From Lama glama (Eukaryota), in contig CM052821.1 of assembly GCA_028534125.1 (NCBI GenBank), forward strand, positions 56,358,001-56,422,000: DNA of 64,000 bases, written 5' to 3'. Numbering within the stretch: the first letter of the stretch is position 1; each line of letters begins with the position of its first letter. Position numbers and translations under genes: made by a program. This document shows positions 36,166 to 49,265 of this stretch, in pieces. Below the pieces are notes generated by a model. The model was not told the origin of the DNA, did not search any database, and was given only the letters and a program-made list of their open reading frames with translations.

Positions 36166-37089
36166 CAGCAATAAAAGGCCAGCTCGGCGCGACTGAAGAT
36201 GCTCGTTTGGGGACCTGGGCTGTGCACTGGGTCAGTGATAAAACGCATCTTGGCAGAGCTACAGAGACGCAGGGGATCAGGGGACCGTTTCTGCAGGTCC
36301 TCTGTGCCTCGTTCAGGGGAAGTGACCAGAGAAGAGGCGTGACAAGCCACCAGTACGTGCCCATCTGTCCCTCCTGGAAAGCCCTGACCAGAGGGCGGCG
36401 TGCGGACCAGCCTGCAGTGGGTGAGAGCCGCCCCCGTCCCCTCAGCCAGGTCCGGATCCTCCTCCACCACGTGGGGTTGACGAGGGCACGTGCTCTAGGG
36501 CGGCTGTGACAGCTGTGTCCCGCAGGTGATGTGGTGAAGAGAGAAGGGCTCAGCCAGGTCCAGTTCACTGGTCCCCCGTGCTCAGCAGGTGGCCTCCATG
36601 GACGGGAGCCGGGGGGAGCCACGGAGGTGCTGTCTCCCTCTTGTCCAGGGTCCCTCTGTCCCTCTGATGAGCCAGGGGCAGCGTGGTCCTGTGAGCGCTC
36701 CAAGAGCTCCGGGCCTGGGGTCCCGGGGGGTTGAGCTCAGGTGGGGAATGGAAAGAGCTGAGAGACCCCCGAGGCGGCGAACGGCATCAGGACAGAACCA
36801 AGGACTCCCAGCACCAGGTCAGTGTCAGACGCGGAATCGTGTCCGACATCTCGGCCCCCAAAGCCGTGGGGGCCGTGAGCGGGGGGAGCCCCGGCCCCGT
36901 GAGGCTGACGTCACCCCACCGTCCGCCCTCCGCCACCCCCTCCAATGACCCCACAATCGCACACCTGAGGGAGCCCAGGACAGAAGTCAAGGGCAGGGGC
37001 ACCAGTGAAAAGGCCACCCCCGGGGCGGGACACCCCAGTGACACGCCCCCACCAAAACGAGACAGACAGGGGCCTCGAGGACAGGGAGG

Positions 37090-37680
37090 GCAAACCTGAA
37101 AAAGGCTTTCTGGGGGAATGAGAAGATTTTCAAAATACAAACAAAACAATAAAATTTGGTTTAACAGTGAGGCCGCCACACTGATGCTGTGACGTGCAAA
37201 CCTCGAGGCGGGAAGCACAGAAACGCAGGGACAGGAAACCGTGGACGAAGGATGAGGACCGTGGGGGAGGCGGGGCGTCCGGCAGGCGAGCCCCTCAAAT
37301 TCCAAAGGAAAGAGCAGAAGAGAGGCTCTCGGTGAGTAAGTGATAGGCGCCGGTCTCCGTGGAAGGAGGCGGCCGACCTGGGGAGCTCGGGCCCCGGCAG
37401 GCGGGGAGCTCCAGGCTGTCGCTGCAGGACCCCCAAAGCACAGACGCCCTTTGGGGTGGGAAGAACAAAACGCAGACCAGCCCGAAGAGCACACGCCGAC
37501 CGCGCCTCCCGCCGGCCACGCCGAGCACCCCCGACCCCGGGAGGCGAGGGCCTCGCCCAGGACCCCCGACCGCACAGGAGAGGCGGTTTGCAGACACGCA
37601 GGTCACACAGCAGGCGCCTGCTCACTTCATGCAGAAGAAAACTCAGCGAAGCTGAAGTCAGCAGCAGACGGATGGATCTG
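37090..37680 (+). mobile_element. Possible HAL1/old L1 ORF1-region relic
   Basis: Purine-skewed sequence with weak collinearity, e.g. 'aattccaaaggaaagagcagaaga' and 'tttgcagacacgcaggtc'; very decayed. Confidence 0.35.
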
Positions 37681-37729
37681 AAACATCAGGACCCGATGCC
37701 AGTTCCCCCGCAGGGAGGCACGAAACAAT

Positions 37730-38100
37730 TCCCTTCCTGTGGCCCCTCCCAGAAGCAGACTCACAATCACCCGCAGACATAACCCCTGTGCCCCGCCCTC
37801 ACAAACGGAATAAAACAGCAACACGCTGTAGGCGTCGTGCTGCGCTTCGCTTTCTTCACTGGAGACATTTCAGTAGCAGGATATAGAAAGCTTTCTCGTT
37901 GTGTTTGGCAGCTGCATGGAGTTTAATGGCACGAATGCACCGTAATTTACATGATCAGCCTCCTATTGGTGGGCGTTTGGGGGTGTTGCTCGTAATTAAC
38001 TTTTACAAACCACTCTGCGATGAACATCCTCCTTCCGGTACCATTTTTTATACTGTATCTGCAGGCTCGATAAACAGAAATGCAACTGCTAACTAAAGTG
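37730..38100 (-). mobile_element. L1ME-like 3' fragment
   Basis: 'atgcaccgtaatttacatgatcagcctcctattggtgggcgtttggggg...acaaaccactctgcgatgaacatcct'. Confidence 0.8.
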
Positions 38101-40620
38101 GAAGTTCCAATAATGGTCTAGGAATAAGAAGATTTTATGCTACCTCAGCACAATCTACGAGGGCGAAGCGGCGGGGAGGGAAAAGGGAACTTGCCTGAAA
38201 GTTTTTGTTTGTGGGAGAAAAATCGGAGAGAGACACAACCCTGAACCATGTCACCTCCCTGGGCCGAGGGAAGGACTGTCACGGAGGTAAAAGTCAGCGT
38301 CATGCTTTCCAATTTTAGGGGAAAAAAATCCCCTGAAAGAGGATGTACTTTGCAATAGCGCTTTCAGATTAAAAAAAAAACGCAACCATTGGGGAAAGTA
38401 TAGTGAACGATAATTTGATCAAATCTGCAGAAAAGAAAAAAAGTAAGCAAAGTGCACAGCGCGCGTAGCAGACGGCAGAACCGGGCGTGGGGCCGTCACA
38501 CCCGTGCGCGGGCCGCCCTCCCGCTGACGCCGCGGCTTTCGGGTGCGACTGGCTAGGCTACGCGGACGCGGAGGGCCAGAAGCAGAGTAACAAGAAGGTG
38601 CTGGGAACAAAAGAAGGAAACAGACAGGCGAGACCCCAGGAAAGGAGGCACCGGCCACTGGAAATGCAGCACCGAGCGCCCTGGTGACAAGAGCGACAGG
38701 AGGGCGCTGACGGCACAAAAGTTACCTCCCAAAGGCGACGAGGGGCAGCCCCTGACACGACAACAGGCAAACTTACCGAAGGAGCTGCCGTATCCACCCT
38801 CTGTGCTTCGAAGCCTCCCTGCCTGTCACAGGCTCCCGCCAGGGGCCCAGGCAGCACTCAGCCCGTGACAAACGTGAGCGACTCTCGCTCGATGAAGATC
38901 AGCGCCGCAGCGAGACGTCCTGCGCCCGCTTCATCGCGGCGCGGGTCCAGCACACGTGCAAACGAGAGCGGCTGCAGACGTGGAGGAATCTCATCCAGCA
39001 GCCACTAAACCGGACGGAGCAGGTTTCCGGCGCCGCACGCCCTCTGCCAGCGCAGCAGGCCGATGGCACAGCGGCGTCCTGCCCTGAGAAACGGCGATCC
39101 CGCCCGCAGAGCCGCCTACCCGAACCGTGCACCAGGGACGGACACACGGGAGACTGAGTGTGCTGCAATTAAACAAGTCAGTTACCTGCTTGGCCTCAAA
39201 TAAAATCCTTTGACACAATTAAAAGGAAAAGTGCCACTTCACTGATCATATAATCTGATCTTGAAACAGTACAACTGGAAACAATAGCGCAAAGTTGACC
39301 AAAAATATCCTAAGGGCTTGAAAAATAAGAAATTCGCTTACAGGCAAGCCTTGGACCAAAGAGTTAAAAAAAAGAAATGATAAAGTTCCTCAGAAGCTTT
39401 GAAAAGTAGAGCATTTCATGCCGAAACCAGCCGGACACATGAAACGCTCTATTAAAAGGAAACGCTTTACCTTAAAACGGCTTCCTTATTTTAGAGGAAA
39501 AACGAAGATAAAGGAATTTGTTGCTCCACTAAACACGTCAGGAAAATAATAAAATGAACTCACAGAAATTAGGAGGAAGAAATGTAACAAACATGAACGC
39601 AAAAAAATGATGATATAGTAACCAAAACAGGCAGAAAACATGGCTTAATCCAAAGATGGCTCTTTGAAGTTAAACCCAAAGCTAATTACGGGGAAGAAAG
39701 AGAGAGAGAGAGATAGAAAGGGGGAGGTGAGACAGAAGAACAAAAGCGAAGGCCGTCACACGCAAGGGGCTAATCACGATGATTATGAGGTACTAATGCG
39801 TCTAACTTTATGGAAACATATTTACAAATTTAGAAAAAGAGATCATTTCCTAGAAACGTAAAAAAATTAAAAGTATTCAGGGAGAAGTGGAAAAACTTGA
39901 ATAGACCAGTAACTGTTAAAAAATATGTGTATTGGAAACCTGATTAAAGATCTACCAGTAAAAGAAAATCACCAGGATCAGGTGCATTCAGACTGAATTT
40001 CAACTGATCTCCTAAAGTAGGAAAAGATTAATCCACGTCATTTAAAACACTCCAGAACCTGGAAAGCGTTTTGGAAGAATAGCTCCCCTTTGAGTTCTAT
40101 GCCATTAGCACAGGTGTGAAAGCAAAACCGCGTAAAGACAGCAAGATTATTGAAGCAACCAACGGCGTTTATGAACATGCACGCAGAACTCTATTTAGAA
40201 TCAGCATCAATCAATGTATCAATAGTAATAACACATTGTGACCAGACAGGAGTCCAGGCTGCCTGCCCCCCACTCTCCAGGTCCGCCTGACGTAATCAGT
40301 AGAGTGGGGGGTCCTGTCTGCATGACGTCCAGGTCATCAAAGCACCTTCGGAATCTGTTTGGACACCAGCAAGAGCGTTAGCATGACTCTAAACAGCGCA
40401 AAGCAAAGGTGTGTCATGTAAAGACAAGCTGTTCGGAGCCTCCCTGCTGATGAAGGCGGGGGCGGCGGTGCACTTGCCAGAGCCGTAGCCGCACCACGGG
40501 AGCGCATGCGCAGACTCGCAGGGCGGGCCCTGCAGAAGGCGCTGGGGCGGGGCCGAAAACACACGCCATGTGCGGGAGAAGGTGCCGATCTGCTCCAGTA
40601 AATGTGATGGGTGGGAACGC
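38100..40620 (+). mobile_element. Ancient L1 ORF2 relic (endonuclease to start of RT)
   Basis: A-rich sense strand with 'atttcctagaaac', 'gaaaaacttgaatagaccagtaac', 'aaagaaaatcaccaggatcaggtgcattcagactgaattt', 'ttatgaacatgcacgcagaa'; many stops and frameshifts. Confidence 0.85.
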
Positions 40621-40779
40621 TCTGTGACGGGGCCACTGGGGAGTGAAGTCTGTGGTTCAGTCCCGATCCGGCAGAGTGAGCGATGGGGGACCCTTGGCGG
40701 TGGCCAGAGATCCCAGCCCTCCGGGGCCACAGTACTCGTGCTGGGCTCTGGGTGGGGGCGGCAGTCACAGGCCTCCCAC

Positions 40780-41440
40780 TGGGTCCTTTCCTGTCTGAAT
40801 ACGTCTATCCTTCAAGTCCTGGAACCAGTGCCACTGTCCTCATGGAATGAAGACCGCGTCTCTGTCATTCCCAGGACGGATTCCGCTGACCCAGGGACCC
40901 GCTGAGCCTCTGTAAGACAGAGTTATACCCAACTCCACTTCACACGTGTGTAGCCCACCCCCACGACAGCTGGAAGGCCACATGGCATTTCAAGTCCCCT
41001 CCCGTCTGTGCCAACCCAGGCCCTACCACAGGCGATCCTTGAGGAGAAGGGAGCTGCTCCTCCTTGTCTGGAAACAGCCCAGCCAGTGCCCGCAGGGCGC
41101 GTGGAAGCACGCTCGGGGACGTGCTCCGTACCTGCCTGCAGTGGGCGACTAGAGCCCTGCTCCCGGGGCCGGGGGGCTTGCCTCCAGCAGTCCTGGGAAC
41201 TGACTGATGTGTATCCTCAGCGAGGGGCTGTGGCTTTCCAGTATGGGTGCCAACGTCACCACCTGCTTGCGGGATCTCAGTTTCCATCTGTTATACAAAC
41301 CGAGCAACACACAAGCAGACTTGCTTCTCACTCCTGGAACGGCCGTGGGTTCAGTGCCCCGAGCCCTGGCCCTGCCTGGCATTCTGGCTTCGCTACTGAT
41401 GTCGTGGGCAGCATCCACATTGCTCCTGAGGCGTGCTTAC
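40780..41440 (-). mobile_element. Possible ERVL/MaLR internal (gag-region) relic
   Basis: Weak collinearity with antisense ERVL internal sequence ('gcgatccttgaggagaaggg', 'catctgttatacaaaccgagcaaca'). Confidence 0.35.
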
Positions 41441-41444
41441 CCAG

Positions 41445-42545
41445 GAAAACTAGTTGATGCTCAGAAAGACAGTGAACTTCGTGGCGTTTTAGTTTATCGC
41501 ACCCTCCTCTCCCCGGCTACTAGGTAGTGTTAAAAACCAGCCGCCTCACAACCGTGGAAGCTGCGGACACCAGCAGCCTAGCAGCCACAGGGGCAAAGCT
41601 GGCCTGAAGCTCCGAGCCCCGCCCCCAAAATTGTGCCTGCTTGATCCGTCTGCCAACCTCCTAAAAGGCTGCCCTCTGAAGACCTGTCTGTACTTGGCCT
41701 AACTCAGAGCTCAGTCTGCTCCAACAAGCCTACGCCGAGCGCATTTGCTGCAAACGGTCATCAGCAATCATCTAACACTGCAGCTGCCCGAGGCAGGGGT
41801 CCAGCTGGGCTTACAGGGGTGGCCGGAAACGCAAAAGGGGAAGCCGGAGAATGGGCGGTCTGTAGGAGGGGGCTGAAATCTCCGACATCCTCCTGGGAAT
41901 CTGGAAGAGCACGTGCCGGCGCGGGCTCACTGGTGCCCGGACGCTGCCTCTGGCTGACCGGGAGGCTCTGCGTGCAGGAGGAGAGGGCGGAGGCGGGGTT
42001 GCCACCTGTCGGCTCTGCATGCACAGGGCCCTCGGCAACGGCCGGGAGACAGCGGTTCAGGGACCCAGGGAATCTCTGTCCAGCTGTGACTGGTCTCTGA
42101 GCATCCGCGCAAAGGCCTTGCTGTCCACACACAGCGAGAAACGCAGATCTCATAGAAGCAGCCCAGCAAATTCACTAAACAAACACAGGGTGAACTCTGT
42201 GTGGGCAGAGGAGGAGGAACAACTCTGATTTCCAGACTTGCCACCTTATATCATTTAAAACACCCAGTTGTTCACAAAAACATACATATAAGGCTTCCAA
42301 AGAAACTGGAATAGAAGCTCCCCTGAGGAGGCCCAGGCCTCGGGCTTCCCGGACACAGGCTGCCGACGACCTGCGACGACACGCTCAGGGCACTGACGGA
42401 AACGCGTCTAAGAGAAGCACACACAAGCAGGGAATTCACAGCTCACCGAACAGACCGTCAGTGAGGAGGAGAAGCGGGGGACAGGACCCAGACGGAAGGT
42501 CCGAGTTTGGTGCATAATCAGTGACACAGAGTAAAAATCACTCCT
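41445..42545 (+). mobile_element. L1 5' region (L1M4b/c-like 5'UTR and ORF1 start)
   Basis: 'tctgatttccagacttgccaccttatatcatttaaaacacccagtt' and 'aatagaagctcccctgaggaggcccag' match L1M4-type 5' ends. Confidence 0.8.
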
Positions 42546-42735
42546 TCTGACTCCGACGTAGAAATTACGTTACTCAATAATTCTCCAAAGCCTGCCCCCG
42601 CTTCAGCAGCCGGTCGTGCACCAGGGCCCACACAGGCCAGTGCTGGTGAGAGACTAAAACCTGCTGCTTAGTGCTGCCTGGTCTTGAAAGACTGACGAGT
42701 GGAAAATGGTTGTCAGAAATGGTAAAAGCTCACAT

Positions 42736-42899
42736 CGTTTACTGAAGTGCAGTCGATTTGCAATGTGTTAGTTTTGGGTGTGCAGCAGTGACTCAGTTAC
42801 ACACACATGCGTTCACGCTCATCTTTAGGCTCTCTCCGTCCTGGGTCATTGCAAGCTCTTTGCCGCAGCTCCCCGTGCTGCGCGGTGGGCCCTGGTTGA
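42736..42899 (-). mobile_element. Short cetartiodactyl L1 3' end
   Basis: 'tttactgaagtgcagtcgatttgcaatgtgttagttttgggtgtgcagcagtgactcagttacac'. Confidence 0.85.
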
Positions 42900-44789
42900 A
42901 ACTCAGTTTTCACAAGGAACGCTTCGATGGCACGTGTCGCTTAGCGTGGTCTGCCGTCTGCTGTTCTGAGAGACTTGATGTTTGAAACAGTCATGTTCAC
43001 AATCACCGCTGACACCACTACCTCCTGACGGCAAACACACACACCCCAGCATGAACGCACCTCGCATCCACGCACCCCGGGGGTGCATTCTGTTCATTCC
43101 TTGCACAACCTAAAATTTCCCCCACAGTGAGCTAAGTTTTCCTGTAAGTATCCAGGGGGCTTTGCTTACGAGGTCCCAGGGCCCTTTTCTGCATCCGCTG
43201 GGCAGAATTCGAGCTTCCCTAGCAAGACAGACCGGTTGCTTTCCAGTGGTGCCGTGGACCCGCACAGCCTTGGGATGGTGTGCATGGCTGCCCCGAGCCC
43301 GGTACCCACGCTCCCTGCAGACCCTCGCCCCGATGGAGCTCCCCTCAAGGACGTGGACACAAGGAAGGGGCCCCAGAAGGAGGAGGCCCCAGAGTGAGGG
43401 GGCATCTTGTCGTGGTTGCTGAAGCCGAATGGAGCTGTGAGCCTTCACCGGCTTTCAGAGAAGGGCCACGGGCTGGACGTTCCGCAAACACACAGGTGGT
43501 CTGGGCAGCAGAGCAGAGAGGCGCCCACACTGGACCACATGCTGCATCAGCCGGGCGCCGTCCGCACAGACTCGCCAGAGGAAGAACCTCCGCTGTCACC
43601 TGAGCCAGAGCCTTGGGTCAGACAGGGCGCCCGAGGCAGTGACATTTCCAGAGCCCCATATGACACTGGGGGCGGTCCCTGCAAGAGCCTCAGGGTGGGA
43701 ATCAGACTCCGGGGCCCTCCTGGACCCAGAGAGCTGCTGCAGGAAAAGGGTGCCAGCTTCTCAGTTTGGACCACCCTCCCTGGAGGGAGGGGACGTGGGC
43801 TCGGGGGATACAGGCCCTGCCGTGTGCAGGGGGCAGCGCGTCACCCTCCCCCAGAGCCCACGAACGCTGCCCTGGGCGACGCCCTTTCTTTCTCAGCAGC
43901 CGCAGGGCTGGAGGTGCCCGAGGAGGAGGTGCACTTTCTGAGTTTGCCTCCCGTAACTCACTCCCCTGGACGGGGCTGGCCGAGGGGCTCAGACTGAATG
44001 TCCCACTCACAGCGGCTGCCCCGTAGGGTGGGGCGAGTTCACATCCGCCTCTGTTCATGCCGCTTTCTTCCCCTCCCTGGCCGCCCACATGGGCTCGGCG
44101 GCTTCGCCCCCCACCCAGGACCACCTCGCCCACACCCGCTCCCCGCGGGGAATGAAGCGGCACCTGCAGACTCCCCAGGGAGGGCTGGGGCTCCGTCTCG
44201 GCAGATGCTGCATTCCCCGTCTTTCCGCGTGTTCCCCTAAACGGTCTTGCCCTCGTGGCCGTTGGCCGCTGCCTCCCAAGAGTCGTCATCTCACGTGGAG
44301 GGCAGGGCAGCCTGATTTCCTCCCCCAGGCCCTCAGCAGCGGCCCCTCCACTGTCTCCGTCCTTGAGCTGATTGACATCAGTACCCCAAGCGGCTTCCAT
44401 AGGCAGGGCCAGCAGACGCCCTGGATCAGGCGGACACGTGCGTGACGATGCGAAGTCTTCGGGAGCCCCGAGGGCTGGCGGCACACGTGTGCGCGTCCGT
44501 CTGATGCACGTGACTGAGCTGTGCCAGGTGGTGGCTCAGAAGGCGTCTCTCCTTCAAAACACGGCTGCTCCAGGTCCTGCTTGAAAACAGGGAATCCGCC
44601 CCGCCAACCGGAGACCCGGCTTCATTGTTTGCACATAAGAGACATGACTCAGTTTGAGCCATTTCCTTTCCAGAAATATGTAGTAGTGATGACAAAAAAT
44701 CAAGTATTTTTATGACAGCTTGGAGTCCCCGAACCTGGAAGGGGACACAGGAGGCACCAGAAATCATGACTGGGGTCTGGATCTGGTCC

Positions 44790-44873
44790 TGAGTCCAGAG
44801 CTCAACACAATGCCTGGCACACGGCGGGCGCCTCGGGCACATCCGTTCAGTGAGTGAGTGAGTGAATGAATGA
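44790..44873 (+). mobile_element. L2 3' terminus
   Basis: 'acacaatgcctggcacacggcgggcgcc...gagtgagtgaatgaatgaa'. Confidence 0.8.
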
Positions 44874-46530
44874 ACAGTACAAGTCTGCTTCCGCCTAGAG
44901 CGCGCGTGGCTGCAGGTGGGCCGGGGGGAGCAGCCCCTCCCTCTGAGGCCGTGGGGGCGAGCCTGATGCACAAACGCCCAGAACACGGGGACCAGGGACG
45001 AGCACCAGCCCCCGGGGAGGGTCCGTCCCCACAGGGTGGACAGACAAGGGGCTGCGCTGGTGGGTGGGCGCCGACCTCAGGGCACTGGGCCACGGGCTCG
45101 GGGGCCGGATTCCCCCCCAGTCATTGAGGGGCCCCCCATGCGGCCTCAGGGAGACTCGCAGCGGGTGCGTCCGACAACCAGATCGACGAGGCTCGGAAGG
45201 ACTTGGGGCTGAAGCCAAGACGCTGAGCTTTCCAGGTACTCGTGGGAGGGTTTGAAAACCCCAGTTTGCAGCCGTGACGCCCGGCGACAGCTTTCCTCTC
45301 CCCCGTCCCTTCCCCTCCTTCACGCCCCCACGCCCTCCAGGTCTGAGCACAGCACTGGAGAATTAACATGAGTGAATCTGGAGTTTTGGTCCCTTGGCTG
45401 TGTCCCCGGGGCGAGTGGATGGCGGGCGTTCCTGCCTTGCGTGCGTAAGGCAGACACATTCGCCCAGATCGACAGGGCACTCGCCCCTCCCGGCTGCCTG
45501 ACTCCGGGGAAGGTGGTGCCTTCTGAGCTCAGGTCTCTGTCTTCCCCGGGGTCCTGCCCGGCCCGGGCAGCAGGTGACGTGCGGAAACGCTGCACCTCCT
45601 CTCCTCCCTGACTCCAAGGGGACCTGCCCCTCGGCTGAGACGGCCCCCTCCATCTCCAAGCATCACAGCCACGTTCGGGTTGTCCTACAAGACGACACTG
45701 TCTCCTGTGTCCCTCAACTCAGATGGGTCCCTGGGTTCACAGGGGGTCCAACACTGCAGCCAGACCATCTCTGCACGTGGCCTGTGAGGGCCTCCCCTGG
45801 ACTGCTTCTCTCAGCCCTGGGGGTGGGGGCCGCCTGGGTACCAGGGGCACCTCCTCTCCTGGACCGTCCTCCTCCCAGGCTGGGCAATGGAGGAGAGCCC
45901 GGACATCTCCCACCACCCAGCGATGCCACACCCCTGCCTAGACCAGGGGCCTAGGACATCACGGTCTGGGGACGCACAGGGACGTCCACCTCAGGGTTCA
46001 AGTGAGAGAGCAGGAGGCATTCGACCTGCGCAGGGCACACGGGTGGGCCGGGACGTGAGAAGCCGGGGGGGCACCCGCAGGTCGGCTCCCCTCCACCGCG
46101 GCAAGCCGGCCGTTTCCCTCGGGTCTCCACCTCCCTCCCTCCCTGCTGCTGCCGCCGGGGCTGGGGCCGGGGAGGTGACTGCTCTGCCGGGGTACCACAG
46201 CCCTGGAGGGAGGACAGACTGAAGGCAGACAGACACAGAAAGGCACGCAGTCAGGAAGGAAATGATGTGCACTGGGAACTTTCAGGAGCCGTCCTGGGCC
46301 GGAGCCAGCTGAGGGCGCCTGCTGAGGGCGCAGGCGGTCGGCCTCCAGGAGAGCGGCTGGCCCTGCGCTCGGACAACGCGGCGGGTGGCCCGCGTGTCTC
46401 CCAGGCCTCCTTGCTCCCGCCCGCAGACCACTCAGGGTCCTCCGGCGTCTGTCCGTCAGTTTACCCGGGTACAAGACCCCAGCCCGGGCCCTGGCCCTGC
46501 CTCTGCGGGACGGAGCCGCTTACCTGAGTT

Positions 46531-46706
46531 CACTAATGGTGGTCATAAATTCCCGGCCAATCACGTAATGAGATTTAATATTTGATGTCAGATGATTAGA
46601 ATATAATGAATTTGCCACTTTAATATTGATGAATAATCAGTCCTATTAAGGCCATGGGGACAAGAATTTAGTGCAAAGAGAAAATTAATTGCTGAGTTAA
46701 CAGCAC
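46531..46706. promoter_or_regulatory. Putative conserved non-coding element / developmental enhancer
   Basis: Non-repetitive AT-rich island in very GC-rich DNA with 10 TAAT/ATTA cores, a posterior-HOX-like GTCATAAA, a TALE-type TGTCA and a CCAAT. Confidence 0.55.
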
Positions 46707-46884
46707 GTGTCCCTTGGCGAGATGGCCTGTGACACCGACTCGCTTCATGGCGCAGCTTTCTGACCTCCCGCGGCAAAGTCTGACCAACACGTCTTATCTG
46801 GGTTATAAAGTGCAGCTTTCTTCTGAGGAAGACGGGGGAGGTGGAGATGTGTTCTAGAAAGACTCAAATGGAGCAGAGCAACGG

Positions 46885-47265
46885 TCATTTTCAGGGACGG
46901 ACCTGTGTCCCCAGGTCCCTGTGTCCAAGGCCCAGGGAGACTGTGTCTGGAGACGGGCCCCTGAGGAGGTGACGAGGTTAACGAGGTCATGAGGGAGGCC
47001 CGACCCCGTGAGACTGGTGTCCTCGAAGGAACAGGAGGAGACAGCAGAGCCCTCTCTCTGTGGGGAGGCTGCGGGGGGTGGGGTGAGACCCCCACGTGCA
47101 GCGGGAGGCAGGACGTGTCCCGGCAGTGACGTAAGACTGAGAGAGGGCCCCTGTCAGCGTGTGACTCCAGGGAGCTCCGGTTCACTCAGGTGTAAACGGA
47201 GCGACACCCAAACCCCCAGGGCGTCCCTGTGACGTGGGGACGCAGCAGCCACGGGGGACCTGACG
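46885..47265 (+). mobile_element. MaLR LTR (MLT1B-like)
   Basis: 'gactgtgtctggagacgggcccctgaggaggtgacgaggttaacgaggtcatgagggaggccc...gactggtgtcctc'. Confidence 0.75.
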
Positions 47266-47913
47266 GGTGATTTCCTTTGCAATCAGGAAATCAAAGTCCC
47301 AGCCGAAGGTCCAGAGGCCCGTCCCGTCCAAGGTGTTTCAGCAGGACGCGTGGGGCTTCCCCGACGGGGAGGGAGAGGCTGCCCAGAGCAGGACGGGGGG
47401 TCCTCCCAGACGCACGGCCTCCGTCCACCTGGGGGGCAGCAGCCTGGGATTCGCACGGGCCGCCCGGAGCCAGCAGGCTCAGACCGGTCTCCTGTTCCCG
47501 AACCGTCTCAGCCTCTGGCTCCCACCCGCGGACCCGAGCGCACGAGCGGCCTTCTCGCTGCTCAGGCAGGGCTGTGCCAGCTCACCGCTCCCAGGCACCT
47601 CTGGTTTTGGCTTCGGGACGTCTGTCACCAGAGTCAGTGCCGGAGGCCCGGCCCCGTCACCGGCCCTGGGGCAGGCTCCCTGCTGAGGCCGTGGGGACCC
47701 CTAGCGGCCGTCTGGTCCTGGAGCACGTGTCCCAGGGAGCCTGCGGGTCCAGGGTGCAGACGGGCAGAAAATGGCTCTGTTCGCATCAGATAGTTTTCAA
47801 ATCCTGTTGCCTAAGTGTGGGTCCCAGGAACCCGCCTGATTTATGAGCTTCTAGAAAATCCACGTCAAATTCACGTTCGCGCCCGGGTCTGCTAAGCACC
47901 GACAGGCGGCAGG

Positions 47914-48320
47914 TGTGGTCGGCTGAGGCACGTCCCCTGAAAAAGACGTGTACAAGTCCAAACCCCCAAGCCCTGTGAGTGAGACCCGTTTGGAAGCAGT
48001 CTCTGCAGGTGTGATCGGGTCAGACGAGTCTCACCGGCTTAGGGCGGGCCCAGTCCCATAGGACCCGTGTCCTCATAAGAAGAGGGATCTCTGGACACGG
48101 ACACCCGGGGATAAGGCCATGTGCTGACAGAGGCAGAGACGGGAGGGATGTGGCCACAAGCCAGGGGCACCGCGATCGCTGGGCCCCCAGGAGCTGGGAG
48201 GGGCAGGAAGGACCCCCCCCCCGGGAGCCGGGGAGGGCGCGCAGCCCCGGAGCTGGGGTGGGTGATTTGTACCATCTACGGCTTTGCAGCATCTGTTACA
48301 GCCGCCCGAGGAGACAGCCA
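47914..48320 (+). mobile_element. MaLR LTR (MLT1C-like)
   Basis: 'gtgtcctcataagaagaggg...aaggccatgtgctgacagaggcagagacgggagggatgtggccacaagccagggg...ggagctgggaggggcaggaagga...tgttacagccgcc'. Confidence 0.9.
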
Positions 48321-48988
48321 GCTTCCGGGGACCGTCCAGGGAACGAGGACCCCCACGTCCAGAATTACTTAAGATGGTTGTTATTTGAAATTTGAGCCAG
48401 ACAAGCTCCTGCTCAGGTGAATCCCACCAGCCTGCAGACACATGTCTAACATGTGAACGGGGGTCTCACCAGCGCCCAGACTCGAGGTCCAGGGGCCCAA
48501 ATGCTGTGTAAGAGGCGGCTCTTCTCACCGAGGCTGGGGGTCGGCTGGGTCACCCCCAGCTGTGACACCGTCAGCCCCGGGCTCAGGCCACCAATCCAGC
48601 CTCCACGGCGGCCCCAGCCCAGGGAAGCCCCAGAAGACACATATGTACCTAGTCCTCAGCATGTTACCAACGGCTTCCGTGTTTAATTCTTCTGGTGTCC
48701 GTGTTCTCCCCACTTTCCTTTATGATTTCTTTTATTATTTCTACACTTGTAATGTTCTTTCGCCTCCAGTGGTTTGATAAATATTTGATTCATTCTTTAT
48801 ACTGTTTCTTTCAAGTTTTAAGCTTTGATTTGTTAAATCGCTGTAGACGGTGCATCTGGAATTCACTGCAGGACCGGGTCGGGCTGTGAGCCGTCAGCCC
48901 GGCAGAGGGGAGGGGGCTCAGCCTCCGCGTGGTGGCCGGATGCAGCTCTGTCAGCGTCCTCCCCATCCTCCTCCGGATAACGTGCGGG

Positions 48989-49090
48989 CGTGTGCACACA
49001 CAGATGTGCACGCCCACCCACCTGCACACAGACACGCGTGTATACACACGCACATAGACGTGTGCAAGCACAGCATGCGTGCGCACACGC
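48989..49090 (+). repeat. Imperfect (CA/TG)n purine-pyrimidine tract
   Basis: gtgtgcacacacagatgtgcacg...acacgcgtgtatacacacgcaca...gcatgcgtgcgcacacgc. Confidence 0.75.
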
Positions 49091-49265
49091 TCAGGCTCCG
49101 GCGGGTGACAGCAGCCATCACTGCGTGTGGCGATATGCACGTTCCCAGTCACAGAGCCCGGCTGCTTTTGCTGTGTGCTCCAGCTTCCTGTCTGTGTCCC
49201 CTTTCCGGCTAGTGGCTCCAAACTCGTCTATTACCTGAAATTCACGAAAAAGTACACTTTGGAGA

